Shown: in pieces, positions 38,358 to 45,421 of the stretch
Layout: each line of letters opens with the position of its first letter
Position numbering within the stretch: position 1 is the stretch's first letter
Origin: a virus
Taxonomy: Duplodnaviria > Caudoviricetes
Length of the DNA stretch: 64,000 nt
Virus record (IMG/VR): IMGVR_UViG_3300033069_001491
Location: 1-64,000 of that record
Reading direction: 5' to 3' (one strand)
Translations under genes and position numbers: made by a program
Notes under the pieces: generated by a model
What the model saw: only the letters and a program-made list of their open reading frames with translations
Told to the model about the DNA's origin: nothing
Databases searched by the model: none

Positions 38358-38651
38358 ATGCAAGACAGCAAGAAGAAACACCTGAACATTGTCAAGGAAG
38401 TCTCCTCACGGGTTGTTGAAGGGACCACCTGTTTCGACGTTCAGGCCCGTCACAAGGTCGATTGCCAGCGTTCACGGTGTTCACACTGGATTGAGTATGC
38501 CGAAGGCCACAACTGTGTTATGATCGCAGCCCTTTCTGGGCCTCATACTCTACAGACCATCGGTCAGATCTACGGACTGACCCGGATGCGGATCTGTCAG
38601 ATCGAGAAGGAGATCCTTGGAAAGATCAGACAGGCGACAGAAGTTTCCTAG
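38358..38651 (+). CDS. Stand-alone sigma-70 region 4-like HTH protein with Cys-rich N-terminus
   Basis: HTLQTIGQIYGLTRMRICQIEKEILGKIR; C..C..HNC residues; TATACT (38335-38340) and AGGA upstream. Confidence 0.7.
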   Translation: MQDSKKKHLNIVKEVSSRVVEGTTCFDVQARHKVDCQRSRCSHWIEYAEGHNCVMIAALSGPHTLQTIGQIYGLTRMRICQIEKEILGKIRQATEVS

Positions 38652-38938
38652 TACGACTCGACAAGCGGCTTCTTACCGCGTGGCTTCTTGACAGGCGAGG
38701 CCTGTTCCACTCCGACCTTCTCATTCACGACTTCAGCTACAGACGCCTCCTCGAGGTGCTCCTCAGCTGCCGATCTTGTTTCATTCTCATCATGAGATGT
38801 CAAAAGAGGTACGTTCTCATGATTCACTTGGACTGGCGAATGTGCCAGTCGACCATCAGAACCAATGCGACCGTAGGCCTTGTTCGGATCGAGGCCGCGA
38901 TCTGCAATGTCACGAAGGACTGCGATGGGTGCGGGCAT
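38648..38938 (-). CDS. Hypothetical protein with acidic/basic low-complexity tail
   Basis: ATG 38938 after AAGGAG and ATACTTA (38953-38959); MPAPIAVLRDIADRGLDPNKAYG. Confidence 0.65.
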   Translation of the reverse strand: MPAPIAVLRDIADRGLDPNKAYGRIGSDGRLAHSPVQVNHENVPLLTSHDENETRSAAEEHLEEASVAEVVNEKVGVEQASPVKKPRGKKPLVESY

Positions 38939-38977
38939 AGTGTCTCCTTGGGTAAGTATCATCCACCAGAGACGACA

Positions 38978-38999
38978 ATGCCCCGGGATCCCGGGGCAT
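38978..38999. repeat. Perfect 22-bp palindrome (candidate terminator or binding site)
   Basis: ATGCCCCGGGATCCCGGGGCAT in the intergenic gap after the Hc1-like gene. Confidence 0.85.
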
Positions 39000-39036
39000 C
39001 TCAGCGCACGTGGCGCCGTCGGACGAGTCGCGTGGT

Positions 39037-39276
39037 TCAGGCCTTGGGTGCCTTCTTTTCACGCGGAGGTCGGGTCGCCCGCTTGGCCTTGTCAAGGTCC
39101 ACAGTCGTCTTGACGAGCGTGGACGCGATCGTCTTCAGACTACGTAGCCCCTTACGGACTCGGACGCCTGCCGCTGCCACACCCTTGGCATTCTTGACGA
39201 TGTCAAGCTCCAGGGTCTCCATGACGGACTTCAGCTCGTTCCACTTCGCGATGACAGGATTCTCGGTCTCAGACAT
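39037..39276 (-). CDS. Histone H1-like (Hc1-family-like) small basic DNA-binding protein
   Basis: KNAKGVAAAGVRVRKGLRSLK resembles the Hc1-type N/K-A-A-G-x-R-x-R-K core; basic tail; GAGGTG RBS. Confidence 0.65.
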   Translation of the reverse strand: MSETENPVIAKWNELKSVMETLELDIVKNAKGVAAAGVRVRKGLRSLKTIASTLVKTTVDLDKAKRATRPPREKKAPKA

Positions 39277-39295
39277 GTTCGTTCACCTCGAGCAG

Positions 39296-39324
39296 AGTGT
39301 ATTCTGCTCTCGAGCTGTCGTAAA
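39296..39324 (-). promoter_or_regulatory. Sigma70-like promoter TTTACG-N17-TACACT overlapped by an inverted repeat
   Basis: -35 at 39319-39324 and -10 at 39296-39301. The arms CTCGAG(AG)CAGA / TCTGCTCGAG span 39287-39314 and include the start of the RBS. Confidence 0.55.
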
Positions 39325-39363
39325 ACATTAAGTGCCCTGAGCATGCGCTGCCCGGTCCAAGCC

Positions 39364-41025
39364 TCAACCCTGAAGGGCTGCGATGAACTCAGGAGGAAAC
39401 ATCGAAGCGTTAGTCCGGAAGAACCGCTGCCAGTCCGAGTCCAGGATATAGGAAGCCGCGTAATCGTTTTCGTTACGAATTGACCTACCAAAAGCCTGGA
39501 TCACGGTCCTGGCCGTGGCACAGGCATACCAAGTGGGGTGCAGCTGCCTCCGCATCTGAATGACTTTGTCGCCCAGGTATGGAAACGGGACCTTGCACAG
39601 GATCTGAAATCGACTGGAATCGTCGGCTAGGTCGACACCTTCCGTCATCGACGGACTGATAAGTACCGTCGGATCTGGGCTGTTGATGTGAACGTCGATC
39701 ATCTGATCACGGTTGTCACTGTCATGTAGTAGTAGTCTGGGAGACTTGACGGTGGCGACGATGAACTGAGCGACCTTATAGTTGACGCAATGAATGATGC
39801 CCTTCTCGTCCTTGTGCAGTTCCAAGAGCTCCTTGACGACCTGCGCCACCTTAGGCAAGGTCTGGTCAATGTTCGCTTTTGACATGCTGCCGACGCCCAA
39901 ATAGTGGATCGGACGATTCTCTGATTGGAAAGGCGAAGGAATGTGGATGAACGCTGCGTCGTTGGGGTCAATGCCAACAGATTCGCAGAACGTGTCCTTA
40001 TCGACAATAGTAGCCGACATCAAGAGGACTCGGCTACCAAAGCGGTACAGGTACTCATATCCATACGGTGAAACGTCGACAGGCTTGAACTCAAACTTGC
40101 GACCTCCCTTGGCGTCTCCCTTCACTGAGTTCATGACCCAGTTCTTCGGGTCATGAGCGGTGATGAAACGATTGACCTTGCAGATGTGCTTGTCCAACAT
40201 CTCATACCGCTTGCTGGTCTCTGACAATCCCGTCGCACCGTTCTTGCCAAATTGGGTCGCCATCTGCTTTTCGAGGCCGGCCATCACCTGTTGAACGGCC
40301 TTCTTGTAGGGCCCCTTGATCCAAGTAAAGACAGCATCAGAGGTCGCATTCTCGGCAGGAATGTTGCGGCATCCCAGCAACCGCGCAAACTTCTCCGAAA
40401 AAGAGACCTCGACGAACTTGCCCAGCTCGCTCTCCACGTTGTGACACTCATCAATCACAAGGAACGCGCGCGGTTGCAGCTGCTTGGCGTACATTGTCTC
40501 CGCCAGAAAGTAGCTGAAATTTGTGATCCCAATCGGGAACTTGATGAATTCATCCTTGTCAAGCTTGTATGGGCACGTGACCGAACAGCACTTGTGGAAG
40601 TCTGTCCCGAAGACCTGCGTGCCCAGTTGCTTCAACAAGCGCCGAGAGTCGGAACATCGCATGTCGGTGTAATACCGGCAGCCGTAGTTGCTGGCAGATT
40701 TCAGTGACCTCATCATGTCCTTGCCTGATGTAGGGCCAAAATCGTCCATGTACTGAGCCTGTAGGATCTTCTGCGTGGTCAACACGTACGCCCCGGTCGT
40801 CGGGACCGTTGTGTCATCAAGCTGAAACGTATGGCCGCCGTGGGTGGCCAGATACCGGGCAATGGCGATGGCGATGCCACTCTTACCTACACCCGTCCCG
40901 GCCTCCAGGATGACGAAGCGCTTCTTCTGGACAAGAAAGGCATTCAGAGCGAAATCAATGGCTTGACGTTGCTCAGGCCTGACGGTCTGAAACGGAAAGT
41001 ACGCGGCATAGTCCGGCGTGGTCAT
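39364..41025 (-). CDS. DinG/XPD-family SF2 helicase with Fe-S-type cysteines
   Basis: AGTGVGKS, Cys cluster (C..CSD..CCS..CPY), IDECH, GIIHC, SPSMTEGVD, QAFGRSIR. Confidence 0.88.
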   Translation of the reverse strand: MTTPDYAAYFPFQTVRPEQRQAIDFALNAFLVQKKRFVILEAGTGVGKSGIAIAIARYLATHGGHTFQLDDTTVPTTGAYVLTTQKILQAQYMDDFGPTSGKDMMRSLKSASNYGCRYYTDMRCSDSRRLLKQLGTQVFGTDFHKCCSVTCPYKLDKDEFIKFPIGITNFSYFLAETMYAKQLQPRAFLVIDECHNVESELGKFVEVSFSEKFARLLGCRNIPAENATSDAVFTWIKGPYKKAVQQVMAGLEKQMATQFGKNGATGLSETSKRYEMLDKHICKVNRFITAHDPKNWVMNSVKGDAKGGRKFEFKPVDVSPYGYEYLYRFGSRVLLMSATIVDKDTFCESVGIDPNDAAFIHIPSPFQSENRPIHYLGVGSMSKANIDQTLPKVAQVVKELLELHKDEKGIIHCVNYKVAQFIVATVKSPRLLLHDSDNRDQMIDVHINSPDPTVLISPSMTEGVDLADDSSRFQILCKVPFPYLGDKVIQMRRQLHPTWYACATARTVIQAFGRSIRNENDYAASYILDSDWQRFFRTNASMFPPEFIAALQG

Positions 41026-41130
41026 TTTGCCACATTGTACATCGGCCAGAGGTGGAACTACACTTGTTCAAGTACAGTGCCGATGATCCTCAATTCGAGG
41101 GCACCTTCTGGTAGAAGGTGCCGATCGACC

Positions 41131-41421
41131 TTAGGGTAGAACGGTACCAGCTGAAAGCATGTCATCTTTACCTCCTGCGACTTCACGGTCAGGTTCCTTG
41201 TCGCCGCTCAAGAACGCATCGCTCCCTAGGTCCCGAACCAGTGAAGTGATTGCCTTCATGTGCTCAACGTTCTCCAGCTCTGTCCCCAACAAGTAGATGA
41301 GAAAGAGCTGTTGACGCTGGGTGATGCCAAAGTTGCCGATCTCTTTTAAGATCTGGCGGCAGACAAGGTTCTCTTCGGCCTGCTTCTCGCTGGTCGACTG
41401 TCCGTAAAGTGTCGCACTCAT
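41131..41421 (-). CDS. Hypothetical protein
   Basis: Coupled (ATGA) to the upstream gene; GGAG RBS. Confidence 0.65.
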   Translation of the reverse strand: MSATLYGQSTSEKQAEENLVCRQILKEIGNFGITQRQQLFLIYLLGTELENVEHMKAITSLVRDLGSDAFLSGDKEPDREVAGGKDDMLSAGTVLP

Positions 41422-41885
41422 TTGCTGGTGGTCTCCTCTCTCGTGAAGGTCTCGACCTTCAGCAAGTTCTCTCCGATGATCCGAACGTACTTTCCTTGGC
41501 GCAAGCCATCTTCCTCGTCAGTCGACAGGACGACAAAGTCACCCCAACGCTTGTTCTCTACAATGAACTGTGCCGCTTCCCAGGTAGGCAAGTCTGCATC
41601 GTTCATTTCCAAGACGTCAACGAGGCGCGGCGGCAGAGAGGCCTTGATGTCATCGATAGTAGGAATGGCCCGCATCGCCTCCCGAGGGACAACATCCGAC
41701 TTATTGATCTCGGTCACCCGATGGATGATGCCACAGTTGTTGCACTGCGCGTACCTCACCCGAACAGAACCATCGTCTTCAATTGCAGAGAAAACGGCAA
41801 ACTGGTGACTGGGTGAATTGGCAACCCGCTTTAACTGCGGCAACACGCAGCGGCAGGTGATCAGGTGTTTTAGACCCGTTGCCAC
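41418..41885 (-). CDS. Hypothetical zinc-ribbon protein
   Basis: HLITCRC and QCNNCGIIH; GAGG RBS. Confidence 0.7.
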   Translation of the reverse strand: MATGLKHLITCRCVLPQLKRVANSPSHQFAVFSAIEDDGSVRVRYAQCNNCGIIHRVTEINKSDVVPREAMRAIPTIDDIKASLPPRLVDVLEMNDADLPTWEAAQFIVENKRWGDFVVLSTDEEDGLRQGKYVRIIGENLLKVETFTREETTSK

Positions 41886-41925
41886 TCAAACCTCACCATT
41901 GCCCAGAAGACCGTCAACGCTCGAG

Positions 41926-42204
41926 TCAACCAGCTGACTTTTTTTTCGTCGGAGCCTGTAGGGATGGCATCTCTGCCTGTACGATGACGTCGTCAACGAC
42001 ACGGCCAAAGACCTTGCTTCCTTTGTGGTAGCCTTCTTCGATCGACGCAGCAACGATCGCCAGCAACTTCGGCATGTCGGCAGGCTTGATGCTCACCTCA
42101 CCCGTCCTCACCGCAGTGGTGATGTTGGCTGCCGTCGCGTCCTTGATGCCTTCAACTAGCGTCCATACAGCCTTGTTGACGCGAGTGTTCGAGTTCTTGC
42201 TCAT
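41926..42204 (-). CDS. Hypothetical protein
   Basis: 92 aa ORF filling the gap; TACAGT at 42222-42227 upstream. Confidence 0.65.
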   Translation of the reverse strand: MSKNSNTRVNKAVWTLVEGIKDATAANITTAVRTGEVSIKPADMPKLLAIVAASIEEGYHKGSKVFGRVVDDVIVQAEMPSLQAPTKKKSAG

Positions 42205-42269
42205 GTGGTTACCTTCATGATACTGTACACCGCCTACTTAGGCATGGTAAACGGCGAGGGACATCCAGC

Positions 42270-43502
42270 ATGGCACGATCACTCAAGGAACAGTTCGAGG
42301 CCAAGCGCCTGAACCAGGTAACGGAGCGCGCTCGGCGAGCAGATGCTCAGATCATCAACGAAGTGCGAGTAGCGCAATTGTTGGTCGAAGCAATGGACGA
42401 GGATGACCTTAACAAGGTCACCCAGATCATCCAGAAGCTGAGCACCCTTAAAACGCCCGACCTGCCAAAGTTGAAGGCCGCAATCGAGCAGGCTGAGGCT
42501 GAAATCAACAAGTACACGGCTGGCGGCCCGTTGACTAAGGCCTGGTCCAAGATGAAGGGGCTCGTCGGCATCGACAATCCGATCGTCAAGGTGACAACCT
42601 TTGCAGACGCACTCGAGAGGGGGTTTGCCCAAATCCCACAGATCCTGAAGAACAATGGCGTCGATTTGAAGGGTGCCGACCTCAACAAGAGCCTCGCTCA
42701 GGCGTTGGGCCGGCTACCGACGGCCACCAAGTCGAACGTCAAGAAGCCCAATGCTGACAAAGACTGGAAGAACCAGAGACACTCTGGCAAGAACGTCCCG
42801 AACCGGGACACGGCGCCTATCCCACGACCGATCGCTGACAAGTCAGAAGGAGTCATCAAGGAGGATGACGGTGAGCTCGCCTCTGACAATGACATCCGCG
42901 CCTTGAAGGGCGGGCTGCCCACGGGAAACGACGACGGCGGTTCACCAACAATCAGCGTCGACAACAAGGAAGCTCCTGCGCGAGGCAAGGCCGTCGATGA
43001 GAAGGTGAAATCAATCGCGGCGCAACTGCAGAAGGCCCTGTCACCGGGTGGCATCTTCGGCGCATTCAAGAAGGTGCCGTACGTGGACAGCGCCACGCTT
43101 GCACAGGAACTGGTGCGGGCCCCCCTACGTGCATTCTCGCAGGTTGCCAAGCGTGTCCAACAGGGGACCAAAGCAGCAGAGATCGCACCTGACATCAAGG
43201 ACCAGGCTCAAGCACAAGGAGGGGCAGAAACAAAGGGAACTGACGCTGAAGAACCGGCCCAAGCAGCCACTCAGGCGCAACCATCACAACCCGCCAAAGC
43301 ACCCGTCACGTCAACAGACTCGACGGAGACTGGCCAGCAGACTGCTAAACCACAAGGTGGTGGTGCAGCCCTGAACCTCGCCAAGGCCGCCCAGAAGGTC
43401 AAACAGGCGATTGCTGCAGCACGTGCCAAGAGTGGCGGGCTCGACATCGAAGCCTTCACCAAGAAGCTCGTCGATGCCGGCATGGATCCCGAAAAACTCT
43501 AG
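42270..43502 (+). CDS. Hypothetical Ala/Lys/Gln-rich protein, candidate internal head protein
   Basis: Isolated plus-strand gene behind CTACTTA (42234-42240); N-terminal SLKEQFE...LLVEAM; low-complexity linkers. Confidence 0.7.
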   Translation: MARSLKEQFEAKRLNQVTERARRADAQIINEVRVAQLLVEAMDEDDLNKVTQIIQKLSTLKTPDLPKLKAAIEQAEAEINKYTAGGPLTKAWSKMKGLVGIDNPIVKVTTFADALERGFAQIPQILKNNGVDLKGADLNKSLAQALGRLPTATKSNVKKPNADKDWKNQRHSGKNVPNRDTAPIPRPIADKSEGVIKEDDGELASDNDIRALKGGLPTGNDDGGSPTISVDNKEAPARGKAVDEKVKSIAAQLQKALSPGGIFGAFKKVPYVDSATLAQELVRAPLRAFSQVAKRVQQGTKAAEIAPDIKDQAQAQGGAETKGTDAEEPAQAATQAQPSQPAKAPVTSTDSTETGQQTAKPQGGGAALNLAKAAQKVKQAIAAARAKSGGLDIEAFTKKLVDAGMDPEKL

Positions 43503-44701
43503 ACCAAACAGGCCCCCACTGAAGACAAGCTGGCAGCGCAGCGAGATGCGTAGTACCTCGCTGCCAGTTCAGTGACAGCAGGTGAACCCGATGCGTCAAC
43601 GCCTCTGTCGATAGCAGAACGGACAGCACGAAGAGCGTAGTCCATTGCTTGTGAATTGACAACGTAATCCTTGTCAGCAGGTAACCTGACGACCACGTGA
43701 TTGGGAGACAAGGACCTGATACGTTTGTCGAGCAAGGCGCCCTTCTCGTCTGACAATTCGTCAGCGCGCCGACGCTTCAGGTCTGTGACCAGTGCCGTGA
43801 TCTCTGGTCTGGCCTTGCTTGTCATGACGACTACACGACCTTTGAACATGGTGACCTGTTCCACACGTGGCAAGGTCGTGTAGTCAATGTTGCTGATCAG
43901 GTCACCTTTCAAGCTTGACACCAAATCACAACCGGTCACAGTCGCCAGGTCGACCAACGTGTTCATCCCCTCCAGGTCAAACCGTGCTCCGATTGGTACC
44001 ACCCGCAATGAGCCGCGATCATAGTTGATGCGAAGAGTGTGCTTGACGTCATCTGACACGCCCCGCAAGAATAGGATTACGGGCTCGTGAGCGGACGCTG
44101 CTTGCTCGAGTAGATGATGCAATTCTGACACACTCTCGACGTGACCGTCGATGCATGCCACTCGAACTCCCGTGAAGCAAAAATCAACAGGCAACAATTG
44201 TTGTAGATCGAACCCGTAGCCTCGTACCAGTTCGACAGAAGGAACAGCTGAGGTCGTCTTCTCAACGATGACGCGACCTCCAAAGCCTGCTAGTCGCACC
44301 GCCTCCTTCAACATTGCGCTTGTCCTAGCGCTTGCTTGAGCGTCGTACCTGTCGATCAAACTTTGCACGTCGACCAACGTCGCGTGCCTGGGAGAGACCT
44401 CGCCAGATGGCACCAATTGGCCCTCCAACATCTGGTGTAGAAGCCATAGGAACCTCTCAAATCCACCGGGCCCGAATTTTTCTGCGGCCACTCCGTGGGT
44501 CACAATCACCTCATGGAGGACCCGCGTCGGTCCTTCCGGATAACGCAGGTTAAAGACGGCCTGCATCTGAGTGTGAGCGACAGGTCGACCGTCAGACAGG
44601 GCAACAAAGCGCCTCATGTCACCGGACGTGATCTGGTGCAGCTGCCTGTCGACCAAACGCAAGGCAGCCTTGACGTCTTTACTAGTGTATGCCTCTGTCA
44701 C
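43499..44701 (-). CDS. Divergent, shortened GroEL/Cpn60-like chaperonin protein
   Basis: Apical-domain matches ELVRGYGFD, IDGHVESVSEL..LLE, LVDLATVTG, LLDKRIRSL and DYALRAVRSAIDRGV; the GDGTT loop is replaced by GPGGFER. Confidence 0.7.
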   Translation of the reverse strand: MTEAYTSKDVKAALRLVDRQLHQITSGDMRRFVALSDGRPVAHTQMQAVFNLRYPEGPTRVLHEVIVTHGVAAEKFGPGGFERFLWLLHQMLEGQLVPSGEVSPRHATLVDVQSLIDRYDAQASARTSAMLKEAVRLAGFGGRVIVEKTTSAVPSVELVRGYGFDLQQLLPVDFCFTGVRVACIDGHVESVSELHHLLEQAASAHEPVILFLRGVSDDVKHTLRINYDRGSLRVVPIGARFDLEGMNTLVDLATVTGCDLVSSLKGDLISNIDYTTLPRVEQVTMFKGRVVVMTSKARPEITALVTDLKRRRADELSDEKGALLDKRIRSLSPNHVVVRLPADKDYVVNSQAMDYALRAVRSAIDRGVDASGSPAVTELAARYYASRCAASLSSVGACLV

Positions 44702-44709
44702 AGAGGCAT
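44689..44709. repeat. 10-bp inverted repeat centred on the chaperonin-like start codon
   Basis: ATGCCTCTGT-C-ACAGAGGCAT; the GTG start occupies 44699-44701 and TACGAT lies at 44708-44713. Confidence 0.9.
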
Positions 44710-44714
44710 CGTAC

Positions 44715-45179
44715 TCAAGGAGTGAAGTGGATGTGTCCCGACATGAAGTCGTACAGTAGCTTACCGATGCCGCCCAACATACCCGCGATCAGGATACCAA
44801 TGAACCAAGACAGACCCTTACCTGTCTTGGTGATGACAGCGGTGTGTTCCTTGACACGACCGTAGAGGCCAGTGTCAGGATCATAGATGGCAACGTGAAT
44901 GGCGTCCACCTTTTTGGATGATGCCGCCTGGTCGGCACGCATCTGTTCGGTGACCGACTCAATCTTGTCAACCTTCTTGACAAGGCTGTCGAAGCCACCG
45001 TTCAAGATGGGCGACCCGAGTTTTTCTTCCACTCTACCCAGCAACCGATCCTGGGCTTCGAGAGTAGTGAGAACGTGCTCTTCAAACGACGAATGGATGC
45101 TGGGGAGAGACCGTCGACCGACACGAGAAGGACGGTCGACCGGTTGCGTTGCAGTAACGGTCGATCGCTTTACGGGCAT
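44715..45179 (-). CDS. Coiled-coil protein with a C-terminal transmembrane helix (holin/membrane-anchor-like)
   Basis: KGLSWFIGILIAGMLGGIGKLLYDF hydrophobic segment; GGAGG RBS. Confidence 0.65.
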   Translation of the reverse strand: MPVKRSTVTATQPVDRPSRVGRRSLPSIHSSFEEHVLTTLEAQDRLLGRVEEKLGSPILNGGFDSLVKKVDKIESVTEQMRADQAASSKKVDAIHVAIYDPDTGLYGRVKEHTAVITKTGKGLSWFIGILIAGMLGGIGKLLYDFMSGHIHFTP

Positions 45180-45214
45180 TGTTCCTCCACACTCTCACTC
45201 GCCCGCGCTCGTCG

Positions 45215-45300
45215 ATTTGATCTCCTTGATCCCTCTTAGACTAGATCCCTCAAAAGACTGAGAGAACTAGAAGATCTAGATCTGATCTAAGACAGATTTG
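45215..45300. other. GATC/CTAG-rich non-coding segment at the strand-switch point (candidate origin or structured leader)
   Basis: Six GATC between 45219 and 45287, GATCCCTC twice (45228, 45244), three CTAG; gene orientation flips across 45180-45421. Confidence 0.45.
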
Positions 45301-45421
45301 AGGAAATGTACAACTAGTGCGGGTCGCTTTGCTGTTTCTCTAAGTAGCGTTTGAAAGTAAAATTTATCGTCTGATCGCGGGAAGGTGAACACCGAAACCG
45401 CTTACCACCTACAATCTGTGG

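Noticed and set aside
44689-44709. CIRCE/HrcA operator at the GroEL-like gene
   Set aside because: The sequence does not match TTAGCACTC-N9-GAGTGCTAA.
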